Shown: positions 46,785 to 57,193 of the stretch, piece after piece
How the letters are laid out: each line of letters opens with the position of its first letter
Numbering within the stretch: the first letter of the stretch is position 1
NCBI GenBank assembly: GCA_045543615.1
Contig: JAZPXL010000018.1
Location: 19,837-83,836 of the forward strand
Length of the DNA stretch: 64,000 nucleotides
Direction: 5' to 3'
From: Eubacteriales bacterium
GTDB lineage: Bacteria > Bacillota > Clostridia > Oscillospirales > CAG-272
The notes under the pieces: generated by a model
The model's input: the letters and a program-made list of their open reading frames with translations, nothing else
What the model was told of the DNA's origin: nothing
Database searches by the model: none
Program-made: the position numbers and the translations under genes

Positions 46785-47475
46785 TGTAGTCACCTCTTGC
46801 AATTTTCATAAGCTCTTCATAAAGAACCTCTGCGTCTTCATCACGAGTGCCTGACGCAGACAAGCCGTCTATTCGTTTTTTGAGCCCTCTTGCGTGAATC
46901 TCTGCAAGCAAACCAAGCTCTGAGCATCTTGTTTGCAGGTTTTTCTTTCCGAGCAAGCATTCAATTTTGCTGCCTTCCCTGCTGACGCCGTCATATTCAG
47001 CTACAATTATTTGATATATTCGCTCCCCATCACGAACCATACATTCATCAATTATATCAAAGCCGTCACGCCATAGTCCACACCTGAGATCCTGCGGATG
47101 TGTCATCGGTTGAAGTATAAGACGAACACCGTGGCGTTTGGGAAGCTCGGAGCCCGACACAATTCTGTAAATCAATTCTCCTCCCATACCAAGTATGTAA
47201 ATATCTTCAGGAGAATATTCGTCAATTCCATCAAGACCATCTGCAAGACAAGTATCGATCTTATGGCTAAGGCCTTTGAGCGCAATATTCTTTTGTGCAG
47301 ACACCAAAGGGCCCTTATTAATATCAGACGCAACAGCTCTCGAAGCTATTCCGTTTGAAACAAGATATACAGGAAGATATGCGTGATCTGTGCCGACATC
47401 TGCTACAATTGCCCCACTGCGAGCAAATGATGCTGCTGACAGAAGTCGTGGATCGCAAAGTATAGTATCTTTCAT
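46774..47475 (-). CDS. trmK: tRNA (adenine22-N1)-methyltransferase
   Basis: ADVGTDHAYLP, GMGG.LI and LILQP. Confidence 0.9.
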   Translation of the reverse strand: MKDTILCDPRLLSAASFARSGAIVADVGTDHAYLPVYLVSNGIASRAVASDINKGPLVSAQKNIALKGLSHKIDTCLADGLDGIDEYSPEDIYILGMGGELIYRIVSGSELPKRHGVRLILQPMTHPQDLRCGLWRDGFDIIDECMVRDGERIYQIIVAEYDGVSREGSKIECLLGKKNLQTRCSELGLLAEIHARGLKKRIDGLSASGTRDEDAEVLYEELMKIARGDYNDN

Positions 47476-47543
47476 TGTTTGCTAATTAATCCTTTATCTA
47501 TGTATCTGCATAGTATTATGCAAAGCTAAACTTCTAAACATAA

Positions 47544-47569
47544 GGGCTGTTGCCGAAACGCAACAGCCC
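47544..47569 (-). terminator. Hairpin downstream of the DUF1858 gene
   Basis: GGGCTGTTGC-CGAAAC-GCAACAGCCC; weak U tract. Confidence 0.5.
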
Positions 47570-47585
47570 CGGGTCTTGCCCTTGA

Positions 47586-47789
47586 TTATTTCTTGCTTGC
47601 AAGATAATCATTGATAGCCTTTACGAGTGCATCAGCATCTGTTCCGTGAACAGCGCAAGCCTCCTCGATGGTCTCTCCACGAGCTGTGGGGCATCCAAGG
47701 CAATGCATTCCGATAGCAAAGAAAAACTGTGCAAGATCTACATCGTAGTCAAGAACATCGCCAATAATGGACTTCTTTGTTACTGTCAT
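47586..47789 (-). CDS. DUF1858 family small Cys-containing protein
   Basis: GMHCLGCP...GETIEEAC.VHG. Confidence 0.9.
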   Translation of the reverse strand: MTVTKKSIIGDVLDYDVDLAQFFFAIGMHCLGCPTARGETIEEACAVHGTDADALVKAINDYLASKK

Positions 47790-47822
47790 TTTATTAACCT
47801 CCATTATATTTTTATCAATGCT

Positions 47823-47851
47823 ATTATACCCTGTTTTTGCTTTTTTGTCAA
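47823..47851 (-). promoter_or_regulatory. Consensus sigma-A promoter of the DUF1858 gene
   Basis: TTGACA-17bp-TATAAT. Confidence 0.8.
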
Positions 47852-47973
47852 GATAAAGACAATATTCTTAATCTGTTTTTAATTTATTACAATATTTTCT
47901 TATTAATTTTAGAATATATAACTGTATATTTAGCTTCTTCAGGAAAATTTTTTCAACAATTCACAAATACCTA

Positions 47974-48002
47974 TTGACAAATTGCTCTCTCTGTGTTATA
48001 AT
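47974..48002 (+). promoter_or_regulatory. Consensus sigma-A promoter of ylxM-ffh
   Basis: TTGACA-17bp-TATAAT with TG extension. Confidence 0.85.
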
Positions 48003-48045
48003 CTGTAAAGTGTTTTGCTTTACACCAATCAAAAGGAGAGTTTAT

Positions 48046-48384
48046 ATGTTTCAAAAGAATGTTGAAATAGGTTATCTGCTCGACTTTTATGGTGGACTTC
48101 TCAGCGAAAGACGCCGAGCCGTACTTGATATGTATTACAACGAAGATATGTCCCTTTCCGAGATTGCCGAGGCACTCTCTATCACAAGGCAGGGGGCAAG
48201 AGATCTTATCAAGAAAGCGGGAGACGAGCTTCTCTTGTTTGAAGAAAAGCTCGGTATGGCAAGAAAATTTCTCAGTCTTTGTGATTGTGCAGATCGTGCT
48301 GAGAGTGTCATTTCAGGCATTGAGCACGAGCAATCGCAGAACCTGCTCGATATCGTTAACGAAATCAGGCAGATAATAGAATAA
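48046..48384 (+). CDS. ylxM: YlxM (UPF0122) HTH protein
   Basis: LLDFYG.LL, D.SLSEIAE...ITRQG and EEKL; directly upstream of ffh. Confidence 0.9.
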   Translation: MFQKNVEIGYLLDFYGGLLSERRRAVLDMYYNEDMSLSEIAEALSITRQGARDLIKKAGDELLLFEEKLGMARKFLSLCDCADRAESVISGIEHEQSQNLLDIVNEIRQIIE

Positions 48385-48411
48385 CACCCTAAAAACACGG
48401 AGGTTTGAATT

Positions 48412-49749
48412 ATGTTTCAAAGTTTAAGCGACAAGCTTTCAGCAGCTTTCAAGCGTTTCCGCAATAAGGGCAAGCTCACCGAAGCAGACGTTCGTGCCGG
48501 TATGCGAGAAATCAAGCTCGCACTTCTTGAGGCCGACGTAAACTTCAAAGTCGTGCGTGAATTTATCAAGCAGGTCACAGAAAGAGCCGTCGGAGCCGAT
48601 GTTCTTGAGTCTCTTGTTCCTGCACAGCAGATAGTCAAAATAGTTAACGAGGAACTGACCACAATTATGGGTGGTTCTCAAGCCAAGCTCACTATTTCCT
48701 CTGCCCCACCGACAGTTATTATGATGGTTGGTCTTCAGGGCGCAGGCAAAACCACTCACGCCGCAAAGCTCGCCGCAATGTACAAAAAGCAAGGCAAGCG
48801 TCCACTTCTCGTTGCTTGTGACGTTTATCGTCCTGCGGCAATAAAACAGCTTCAGATACTTGGTGAGCAAACCTCAATCCCCGTTTTCACACTGGGAACT
48901 GATGTTTCGCCCGTCAAGATTGCCCAGGAAGGCATCAAATATGCAAAAGCAAACTTTTGCGATATGGTCTTTATTGATACAGCCGGTCGACTCCACATTG
49001 ACGAGGTTCTTATGGAAGAGCTTCGAGCAATCAAAGAAGCAGTATCTCCCACGGAGATTCTTCTTACAGTTGACGCTATGATAGGACAGGACGCTGTAAA
49101 TGTTGCCGAGCATTTCAACGGTTTGCTTGACGTAACAGGCGTAATCCTTACAAAGCTCGACGGTGACACAAGAGGTGGTGCTGCTCTATCTGTCAGATAT
49201 GTAACCGGTAAGCCCATCAAATTTATCGGTACGGGCGAAAAGATTGATGCTATCGAGCCATTCCACCCTGACAGAATGGCGAGTCGCATTCTCGGTATGG
49301 GAGATATTCTTTCTCTCATTGAAAAGGCAGAGGCTGCTTATGACGAAAGACAGGCAGCTGAGCTTGAGAAAAAGATGCGTGAACAGACATTCACACTTGA
49401 AGATTATCTCGAACAGTTTGAACAGCTTCGCAATATGGGCAGTATGGAGCAAATACTCGGTATGATGCCCGGAGTTAATGCATCTGCTCTCAAGGATGCT
49501 CAGATTGATGAGCGTGCTATGGACAGAGTGGAAGCTATCATTCGTTCAATGACTCCTCGTGAGCGAGCAAAACCCGATATAATCAACTATTCGAGAAAGC
49601 GCAGAATTGCTCTTGGAAGTGGAACTTCAATTGAAGAGGTAAACAAGCTGCTAAAGCAATTTGAGCAAACAAAAAAGCTGATGAAGCAATTCACTTCTCA
49701 GTCATCAGGCTCAAAACGCCGTAAAAAAGGAATGAGATTCCCGTTCTGA
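48412..49749 (+). CDS. ffh: Signal recognition particle protein
   Basis: [26 protein letters not shown] and RILGMGD; M domain. Confidence 0.98.
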   Translation: MFQSLSDKLSAAFKRFRNKGKLTEADVRAGMREIKLALLEADVNFKVVREFIKQVTERAVGADVLESLVPAQQIVKIVNEELTTIMGGSQAKLTISSAPPTVIMMVGLQGAGKTTHAAKLAAMYKKQGKRPLLVACDVYRPAAIKQLQILGEQTSIPVFTLGTDVSPVKIAQEGIKYAKANFCDMVFIDTAGRLHIDEVLMEELRAIKEAVSPTEILLTVDAMIGQDAVNVAEHFNGLLDVTGVILTKLDGDTRGGAALSVRYVTGKPIKFIGTGEKIDAIEPFHPDRMASRILGMGDILSLIEKAEAAYDERQAAELEKKMREQTFTLEDYLEQFEQLRNMGSMEQILGMMPGVNASALKDAQIDERAMDRVEAIIRSMTPRERAKPDIINYSRKRRIALGSGTSIEEVNKLLKQFEQTKKLMKQFTSQSSGSKRRKKGMRFPF

Positions 49750-49807
49750 CGGATTTCATAAAATTAAAGAAAAAATAATTTTTATTTATTTAAAGGAGAA
49801 ACAAAAA

Positions 49808-50047
49808 ATGGTCAAGATCAGACTTCGCAGAGCAGGCGCAAAGAAGCAGCCCTTCTACCGTGTTATCGTTGCTGATGAGCGTAGCCCTCGCAACGGCAGA
49901 TTCATCGATGAGATTGGTTACTACAACCCCCTCGGAAACTCCGAGATCAAAATCGATGCTACTAAGGCACAGGAGTGGATTGCAAAGGGAGCACAGCCCA
50001 CTGAGACAGTAAAGGCTCTTCTTAAGAAAGCCGGCATCACTGAGTAA
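49808..50047 (+). CDS. rpsP: 30S ribosomal protein S16
   Basis: MVKIRL.R.G.KK.PFYR...R.GRFI..IGYYNP. Confidence 0.98.
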   Translation: MVKIRLRRAGAKKQPFYRVIVADERSPRNGRFIDEIGYYNPLGNSEIKIDATKAQEWIAKGAQPTETVKALLKKAGITE

Positions 50048-50060
50048 TCGAGAGTAAACT

Positions 50061-50294
50061 ATGGATCTCGAGAAGCTTCTTGTTGACATCGTCAGCGCAA
50101 TCGTTGACACGCCCGATCAGGTTGTTGTCGAGCGCAACGAGACGGGCAACTGCATAGAGTTTACCCTTAGCGTAGCTCCCGATGAAATGGGTATGGTTAT
50201 CGGTCGTGGCGGTAAGATAGCAAAGGCTATTCGTACCGTCGTAAAGGCTGCCTCTGCCTCCACAGGTAAAAAAGTAACCGTTGATATTCGCTGA
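50061..50294 (+). CDS. khpA: KH-domain RNA-binding protein KhpA (YlqC)
   Basis: MG.VIGRGG.IAKAIR; follows rpsP. Confidence 0.92.
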   Translation: MDLEKLLVDIVSAIVDTPDQVVVERNETGNCIEFTLSVAPDEMGMVIGRGGKIAKAIRTVVKAASASTGKKVTVDIR

Positions 50295-50311
50295 GTGGCA
50301 ATTGCCACCAT

Positions 50312-50339
50312 TGGGGCTGGTGCATAAGCATCAGCCCCG
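50312..50339 (+). terminator. Hairpin after khpA
   Basis: GGGGCTGGTGC-ATAA-GCATCAGCCCC; weak immediate U tract. Confidence 0.55.
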
Positions 50340-50369
50340 AATTCAAATTTTTCAATTCTCACGGAGGTT

Positions 50370-51149
50370 ATGATGTCTGCAACTCTTGATACTCGCCTTA
50401 TTGCCGAACGGCTCTATCGTGAAGGAATTTGCACGAGCGCACTCGATGAACGCTCTCTTTTGATTGTCGAGAGATATATGGGTGACAGATATTGTGGTAA
50501 CGACCTGAAACGACGCTTGTCCAATGTTGAATTGAATTTCGCACAACTTAATAGTCACGCAGATAACGCAAGAACACACTCACTTAGTGCCGTAAAAAGT
50601 GTAATTATAATCTTCAGACGGCTTACTGACAATTGGCAAAGGCAAGGGCTTTTGCGTGATTTTGCTTTTTCTTTTTCTGATGAAGAATGTAACTTTATGC
50701 GTTCGTCCTTTTTGAGCGCATCTGAGGCAATAAACATCCAGACAAGAACTCTCTCAGAAAACCTTATGTTGCTTGGAGAATGTGCCGCACAAATCCGGGC
50801 GTGTTCAGCTTCATCTACGGAAATATATCACGAATCAAGGCTTGCTACCTTTGCAGCAATGCTTGACAGAGATCGGGATAACGCACTTGAATGTCAATCC
50901 ACTTCGCTACTTGCGCACGCAAGTGCAAAAGAATGCGAAAGAACATCTGCAGATTATCTTGGTATGGCAAGACAATGCACAGCTGCCATTTCTGTAATCA
51001 ACAAAACATTGATTGAAGTGCTTTCAGCACTGAGAATGGACAATGAGCGAACGGTTGCTGTTAATCTGCTTTCGCCTGTAAGAGCTGCAACAGAGATTGG
51101 TAACGCAATTTTAGCTCTTGAAGGTTTAAACTTTGACTTACGCAAATAA
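50370..51149 (+). CDS. Hypothetical alpha-helical protein
   Basis: 259-aa ORF with GGAGG RBS and downstream terminator; no recognised motif. Confidence 0.6.
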   Translation: MMSATLDTRLIAERLYREGICTSALDERSLLIVERYMGDRYCGNDLKRRLSNVELNFAQLNSHADNARTHSLSAVKSVIIIFRRLTDNWQRQGLLRDFAFSFSDEECNFMRSSFLSASEAINIQTRTLSENLMLLGECAAQIRACSASSTEIYHESRLATFAAMLDRDRDNALECQSTSLLAHASAKECERTSADYLGMARQCTAAISVINKTLIEVLSALRMDNERTVAVNLLSPVRAATEIGNAILALEGLNFDLRK

Positions 51150-51163
51150 TTTTATATTAATTC

Positions 51164-51194
51164 TCCGCATCGCTTGACGATGCGGAATTTTTTT
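51164..51194 (+). terminator. Intrinsic terminator
   Basis: TCCGCATCG-CTTGA-CGATGCGGA followed by a T tract. Confidence 0.75.
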
Positions 51195-51235
51195 GATAAA
51201 ATATATGTATAAAGTTTTTTGCGGAGGATTTACAC

Positions 51236-52732
51236 ATGTCCAGATATTTACTTGCTCTTGATGCCGGCACAACAAGCTCAAGGGCCATAGTTTTTTCAAG
51301 TGATGGAAAAATCGTTTCCATATCACAGTCAGAGTTTCCGCAGATTTTTCCCTCTGAGGGTTATGTCGAGCATAATCCTGATGACATATGGGATACTCAA
51401 ATTGCTGTTGCCAGAAAAGCTGTCGCTGAGGCAGGGTTGACCTATAAGGATATAAGTGGTATAGGAATCACCAACCAAAGAGAAACTACAATAATCTGGG
51501 ACAGAGCAACGGGCAGACCTATTTACAACGCAATCGTGTGGCAGTGCCGTCGAACCTCTGACTATTGCGACTCGCTTCGTGCATTTGGTCTAACAGATAT
51601 CATTCACAGGAAAACAGGCCTTGTTCTTGACCCGTACTTCTCTGCCACAAAAATTAAATGGATTCTTGACAACGTTGAGGGCAGCCGTGCTCGTGCACAG
51701 AAGGGTGAGCTTTGCTTTGGAACTGTTGACTCCTGGCTTATCTACAACCTGACAGGAGGGCGTGTTCACGCTACCGATTATTCTAACGCCTCAAGAACTA
51801 TGCTCTATAACATAAACACTCTTGAATGGGATGATGAACTGCTCGGAATATTTGATATACCAAAAGAACTCTTACCCGAGGTCAAACCATCTTGTGGAAT
51901 ATTCGGCTATACCGACGTCTCTCTCTTTGGTGGCGAGATTCCTGTCGCCGGCGTTGCAGGTGATCAGCAAGCTGCGCTGTTCGGACAGTGCTGTTTTACT
52001 CCGGGATCTGCTAAAAATACATACGGTACAGGTGGATTTCTGCTTATGAACACAGGCGAGAGGCCGGTGTATTCCCACAACGGCTTGATCACTACGATAG
52101 CCTGGGGAATTGACGGAAAGCTCAATTACGCCCTTGAGGGATCGGTTTTTGTATGTGGGGCTGCTGTACAATGGCTTCGCGATGGACTTGGACTTATAGC
52201 AAACGCAGCTCAAACAGAGGTAATTGCTTCAAGTGTAAAGGACAGCGGTGGAGTTTATTTTGTCCCTGCATTCGTCGGACTTGGCGCACCGTATTGGGAT
52301 CCGTATGCGCGTGGTTCTATTGTAGGTTTGACTCGTGGAACAACTCGTGCGCATATAGTTCGTGCTGTTCTTGACTCTATGGCATATCAAACCTATGACG
52401 TTCTCTCGCTTATGCAAGAGGAAGCGGGAATCACCTTTGACTCTCTTAATGTTGATGGTGGTGCATCCGCTAACAACTTGCTGTTGCAAATACAAGCCGA
52501 CATTCTTGGTGCAAAGATAATCCGTCCTGCTTGCATCGAAACAACTGCGCTTGGTGCTGCTTATCTCGCAGGGCTTGCGACAGGTGCTGTCAGCTCAACC
52601 GATGAAATTATCAAAAACAGATACATAGACAAGATAACAGAGCCAAATATGGATGACGGCGAAAGAGAGCGCATTGTCATTGAATGGCGTAGAGCTGTCG
52701 ATCGCTCACGCTCTTGGATTCAGAATAACTAA
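51236..52732 (+). CDS. glpK: Glycerol kinase
   Basis: [35 protein letters not shown] and KNTYGTG. Confidence 0.97.
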   Translation: MSRYLLALDAGTTSSRAIVFSSDGKIVSISQSEFPQIFPSEGYVEHNPDDIWDTQIAVARKAVAEAGLTYKDISGIGITNQRETTIIWDRATGRPIYNAIVWQCRRTSDYCDSLRAFGLTDIIHRKTGLVLDPYFSATKIKWILDNVEGSRARAQKGELCFGTVDSWLIYNLTGGRVHATDYSNASRTMLYNINTLEWDDELLGIFDIPKELLPEVKPSCGIFGYTDVSLFGGEIPVAGVAGDQQAALFGQCCFTPGSAKNTYGTGGFLLMNTGERPVYSHNGLITTIAWGIDGKLNYALEGSVFVCGAAVQWLRDGLGLIANAAQTEVIASSVKDSGGVYFVPAFVGLGAPYWDPYARGSIVGLTRGTTRAHIVRAVLDSMAYQTYDVLSLMQEEAGITFDSLNVDGGASANNLLLQIQADILGAKIIRPACIETTALGAAYLAGLATGAVSSTDEIIKNRYIDKITEPNMDDGERERIVIEWRRAVDRSRSWIQNN

Positions 52733-52736
52733 TAAG

Positions 52737-52776
52737 AAAGAAAAGTCAGAGGATATATCCTCTGACTTTTCTTTTT
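52737..52776. terminator. Bidirectional terminator
   Basis: AAAGAAAAGTCAGAGGATATATCCTCTGACTTTTCTTT palindrome. Confidence 0.85.
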
Positions 52777-54664
52777 ATAGATTGTTCATTTCGCATAAAA
52801 CTCTGCACACGCTTTCTGCGTCAACACCAGCAGTTTCATAAACAGTCTGTCCTTTTCTTGAAACCACAAAATCATCATCGACAGCAACAATTCTGTACTC
52901 GATGCCACAAAGCGCGCCAAGCCTTGACATCTCGTCAGCAAGGTTCATTCCAAATCCACCTGCCCGAATTTCCTCTTCAAGAAATACAATATTTCTTACT
53001 GAATCAGGCAATGATTCCTTAATAAGTTGCGCAAGCCTGTCATACGGTTTGATAAACTCGCAAAGAATTATTGCAGCTGTGCAGCCATTTTCTTCAAGCA
53101 ATCCAAGAGCGTCAAGTGCTGTTGTCGCCATTCTGCCGTGAACAATTATTATGTTTTCGGTACTCTCGCCAAGACCAAATGTTCGAATTGATAAGCCTGA
53201 TTGAGCCTGTGCTGCATAGAATGCAGCAGCAACAAGCTCATCCTCAACTGCATTAGGATACCTGATTGCCACGGGATGATCGGCTTCAAGTGCATAATCA
53301 AGTGCTCTATCAAGGCACTCGTATGTGGCAGGTGTGCATATATCAACATTTGGAGTTGATGAGAGGAATGCAACATCAAAAATACCGTGATGAGTTGCAC
53401 CATCGGAAACATTGAGTCCTGCTCTATCTATTGCAAAAATCACAGGCAAACGCTGAAGAGCTACATCGTGAACAATGCTATCATAAGCTCTCTGCAAAAA
53501 CGTAGAGTATATTGCGCAAACAGGCTTAAGCTGTCCTGCAGACAAACCTGCCGCAAATGTAACTGCGTGCTCCTCAGCAATTCCCACATCAAAGAACCTG
53601 TCAGGCATTGTAACTTCAAATTCCGAAAGACCTGTTCCTCTACCCATAGCAGCGGTAATAGCACATATTCTGCTATCTGCCCCTGCACGAGTGCAGATAT
53701 GTGAGCCGAACTCACGGGAAAATCCTCCTGCAGGCTCTGCATCCTTGGGAGGAAGCGAATGATACTTGTCGGGTTTCTCCTCAGCGGGTGTATATCCTTT
53801 ACCCTTTGTTGTCTTAACGTGAACAATAACGCTCTGACGGATCCTGCGAGCCTCAGAAAGTGTGCTTTCAAGAGCATCAATATCGTGTCCGTCAACAGGA
53901 CCGAGATAGTGAAGACCAAGATCCTCAAAGTAATTTGAACCATAGAGAAGGTTCTTAATGGATTTTTTTGCCTTAACTATCAAAGAAACAAGTGGTTTGC
54001 CAACAAGTGGGATTTTTGATATAAATCCTCTTGTCGCCGCCTTTGTTTTAAAATATCCCCTCTTGCTTCTGAGCTTTGCAAGCGTCTTAGCAACCGAACC
54101 GATATTCTTTGAAATTGACATTTCATTTTCATTAAGAATGATAACAAGTCCGATGTCCTCGGTGCGATCGCAATTATTAAGTGCTTCGTAAATCATTCCA
54201 CCCGTAAACGCACCGTCTCCAACAATGGCAACAGTTTTAGAGTCTCCACCTCTAAGGTGTTCAGCCTCGGCAATTCCGAGGGCAGCAGATATGGAAGTTG
54301 AGCTATGACCTGCACCAAATGCATCATATTCGCTTTCGTCCATCTTTGTAAAGCCTGAGAGACCACCGGGGGTGCGAAGAGATTCAAACGCTTCCCTTCT
54401 TCCTGTCAAAAGCTTATGAACATAGCTTTGGTGTCCAACATCCCAAACAAGCTTATCGTCAGGGGTATCGAAAACTCTGTGCAAAGCTATTGTAAGCTCA
54501 ACAACGCCAAGATTTGACGCCAAATGGCCACCACAAGCACTTACATTCTCGATAAGGAATTCCCTTATCTCGTCACTGAGTGCCAAAACTTCATCGGGTT
54601 CAAGAGCTTTCAAGTCCCGGGGTGAATTGATTTCGGACAACAGTAAGTATTTATTTTCCTGCAT
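52775..54664 (-). CDS. dxs: 1-deoxy-D-xylulose-5-phosphate synthase
   Basis: GGHLASNLG, WDVGHQ.Y.HK, GHSSTS, GDGA, DVGIAEEH, YSTFLQR and DG.THHG. Confidence 0.97.
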   Translation of the reverse strand: MQENKYLLLSEINSPRDLKALEPDEVLALSDEIREFLIENVSACGGHLASNLGVVELTIALHRVFDTPDDKLVWDVGHQSYVHKLLTGRREAFESLRTPGGLSGFTKMDESEYDAFGAGHSSTSISAALGIAEAEHLRGGDSKTVAIVGDGAFTGGMIYEALNNCDRTEDIGLVIILNENEMSISKNIGSVAKTLAKLRSKRGYFKTKAATRGFISKIPLVGKPLVSLIVKAKKSIKNLLYGSNYFEDLGLHYLGPVDGHDIDALESTLSEARRIRQSVIVHVKTTKGKGYTPAEEKPDKYHSLPPKDAEPAGGFSREFGSHICTRAGADSRICAITAAMGRGTGLSEFEVTMPDRFFDVGIAEEHAVTFAAGLSAGQLKPVCAIYSTFLQRAYDSIVHDVALQRLPVIFAIDRAGLNVSDGATHHGIFDVAFLSSTPNVDICTPATYECLDRALDYALEADHPVAIRYPNAVEDELVAAAFYAAQAQSGLSIRTFGLGESTENIIIVHGRMATTALDALGLLEENGCTAAIILCEFIKPYDRLAQLIKESLPDSVRNIVFLEEEIRAGGFGMNLADEMSRLGALCGIEYRIVAVDDDFVVSRKGQTVYETAGVDAESVCRVLCEMNNL

Positions 54665-54705
54665 ATTAAACTCCGATCATCCCTGATGTCTCAGAGACGG
54701 TAATT

Positions 54706-54888
54706 TTATTGTGCGTCAAATCCGAGATCATCAAGAATCTCAATTACAGCGTCTGCCTTATCTGCTGCGACAGTTACTGTCTTTGTTGCAAGATCAACAT
54801 TTGCTTCAATTCCTGCGTTTTCAAGAGCAGTAGAAATGCGCTTAACGCAATTTGCGCACATCATTGCGGGTACTTTGAGTGTTTTCAT
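54706..54888 (-). CDS. copZ: Copper chaperone (HMA domain)
   Basis: M.CANC motif, 60 aa, immediately after copA. Confidence 0.85.
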   Translation of the reverse strand: MKTLKVPAMMCANCVKRISTALENAGIEANVDLATKTVTVAADKADAVIEILDDLGFDAQ

Positions 54889-54904
54889 AATTATTTCCTC
54901 CAAA

Positions 54905-57154
54905 TTAAATTTTCTTTCTTCCAAGTCTCAGCGCATTTGTAACAACAAACAACGAACTGAGGCTCATCGCAAGAGAGCCTATCATAGGTGTAAGAGTTAT
55001 TCCAAATGGAATAAACAGAGCACCTGCGGCAACAGGGATCGCAAGAACATTATAGCAAAAAGCCCAGAACAAATTTTGCTTTATGTTTCTGATAGTGTAT
55101 CTTCCAAGTCGAACGGCACTGCAAATATCGGCAGGATCATCCCTCATAAGTACGATTCCTGCAGAATCTATTGCAATATCACTACCGCCACCAACTGCGA
55201 CACCAACGTTTGCAGACGTAAGCGCAGGTGCGTCATTTATACCATCTCCCACCATCATAACAACGCTTCCGTCTTCCTGAAGACGAGAAACAACATCTGC
55301 TTTCTCAGTAGGTAATACGTTTGATATTACCTCTCCAATGCCGGCTTTGTTGGCTATACAGCGAGCCGCAGCCTCGTTGTCACCTGTAAGAAGTACGGTG
55401 CGAATACCCATTCTTCCAAGCTCTGCGACAGTTTGCGCAACTCCGTCCTTGATTGTGTCGGATACAGTTGCAAAACCTACAAAACGATTTTCGAGAGCTA
55501 CAAACAAAAGCGTTTTACCATCAGATGCGCAAGCGTCGGCTTTGGGAGCAAACGCAGAAATATCAATCTCATACTTCTGCATAAGCTTTTCGTTACCAAC
55601 AATAAGTCTTCCTCTTCCGTCAATCTCCCCACAAAGACCAAATCCGGGGATATTGTCGATAGTCGAAACCTCAAGAGGTGACAAGCCCTTTTCTTTTGCT
55701 GCAGAATCAATTGCAGCAGCTATCGGATGATCTGATAGAGCTTCAAGCGAATAGATCAATGTAAGAAGCTCATCCTCATCAACGCCGTCTGCGCAGACAA
55801 CATCACATAACTTCATCTTGCCCTCGGTTATCGTTCCCGTTTTATCAAATACAGCAACATTTACCGAGTGAAGAATTTCAAGTGCTTCTCCACTTCTAAT
55901 GAGTATGCCGTGGGATGCTCCAAGTCCTGTGCCAACCATAATCGCAGTTGGAGTTGCAAGCCCCATAGCACAAGGACAAGCAATAACGAGCACGGATGTA
56001 AAAATCCTGAGCGCAAATCCAATATCTTTGAGCACAAAAAACCAGATAATGCCAACAATGAGTGAAACGGCTATTACTATCGGCACAAACACTCCTGCAA
56101 CCTTATCAGCCGTTTTTGAAATCGGAGCTTTTTTGCCCTGAGCATCTTCAACAAACTTAATAATTTGTGCAAGCATAGTTTCACTTCCGACCTTTGTAAC
56201 CTTTATATACAAAGCACCGTTTTGAAGAATACTACCACCGATAACTGCTGAGCCTTCTTCTTTAGCGACAGGGACGCTCTCGCCTGTAAGCATCGCTTCA
56301 TTAGCACTTCCAAAGCCTTTTGTAACCACGCCGTCAAGAGGAATCTGTTCTCCTGCTTTAACAAGGAGCGTTTGCCCAACTGTAACAGTTGACGTTGGAA
56401 CAATAACAACCTCATTTCCATTAAGCAACGCAGCTGTGTCAGGAGATAACTTGATGAGCTTTTTTAATGCCGACTTTGTTTTGGCTTCACTTCTCGATTC
56501 AAGATACTTTCCAACCGATACCAAGGCAATAACAACAGCTGACGATTCAAAATACAGCTCGTGAACAAGATGGGCATCACTCGAAATCATAAATGTAAGA
56601 ACAAGACTATATACAAGCGATGCAACAGAACTAAGTGCAACAAGCGTGTTCATATTCGGGTTGCCGTGTAACAATGAAGAAAATCCACTTGTGTAATAAT
56701 CTTTGCCGAGTATAAGCACAGGGAGAGCCAGCAAAAACTGCAATAGCGCAAAATTCTGTGGGTTTTGTTCGGGAGAGATTATTGAAGGCAACGGAAAATC
56801 TTTTATCATCATATTTCCCATAGCAACAAACAAAAGCAATCCTGCAAAGAAGCAGGAAATTATGAGAGAGATGAGTTTCTTCTTACTCTTCTTCCTCTCC
56901 TCATCATCCTCGTCTTCTTTCGTCTTTTGTTTCGGCATATCCGAATGCAAGGTTGCTCCAAAGCCGGCCTTCGCCACCTTCTCACATATCATTGCGCTTG
57001 TGGTCAAGCTCTCGTCATATGTGATGGTCAATCTCGCCATAGTTAAATTCACTTGGCTTTCACTCACTCCCGGCAGTTTACGTGTAACACGCTCAACAGC
57101 CGACGAACAAGCTGCACAATGCATTCCTGTAATATCGTAAACTTCTGTAATCAA
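54905..57154 (-). CDS. copA: Cu+-translocating P1B-type ATPase
   Basis: GMHCAAC HMA, TGES, CPC, DKTGT, HP, GDGINDAP and YN...MSLSS; TTG start. Confidence 0.93.
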   Translation of the reverse strand: MITEVYDITGMHCAACSSAVERVTRKLPGVSESQVNLTMARLTITYDESLTTSAMICEKVAKAGFGATLHSDMPKQKTKEDEDDEERKKSKKKLISLIISCFFAGLLLFVAMGNMMIKDFPLPSIISPEQNPQNFALLQFLLALPVLILGKDYYTSGFSSLLHGNPNMNTLVALSSVASLVYSLVLTFMISSDAHLVHELYFESSAVVIALVSVGKYLESRSEAKTKSALKKLIKLSPDTAALLNGNEVVIVPTSTVTVGQTLLVKAGEQIPLDGVVTKGFGSANEAMLTGESVPVAKEEGSAVIGGSILQNGALYIKVTKVGSETMLAQIIKFVEDAQGKKAPISKTADKVAGVFVPIVIAVSLIVGIIWFFVLKDIGFALRIFTSVLVIACPCAMGLATPTAIMVGTGLGASHGILIRSGEALEILHSVNVAVFDKTGTITEGKMKLCDVVCADGVDEDELLTLIYSLEALSDHPIAAAIDSAAKEKGLSPLEVSTIDNIPGFGLCGEIDGRGRLIVGNEKLMQKYEIDISAFAPKADACASDGKTLLFVALENRFVGFATVSDTIKDGVAQTVAELGRMGIRTVLLTGDNEAAARCIANKAGIGEVISNVLPTEKADVVSRLQEDGSVVMMVGDGINDAPALTSANVGVAVGGGSDIAIDSAGIVLMRDDPADICSAVRLGRYTIRNIKQNLFWAFCYNVLAIPVAAGALFIPFGITLTPMIGSLAMSLSSLFVVTNALRLGRKKI

Positions 57155-57193
57155 TTCTCACCTCAAAAATAGAAATGGTTAAATCGATGCATT

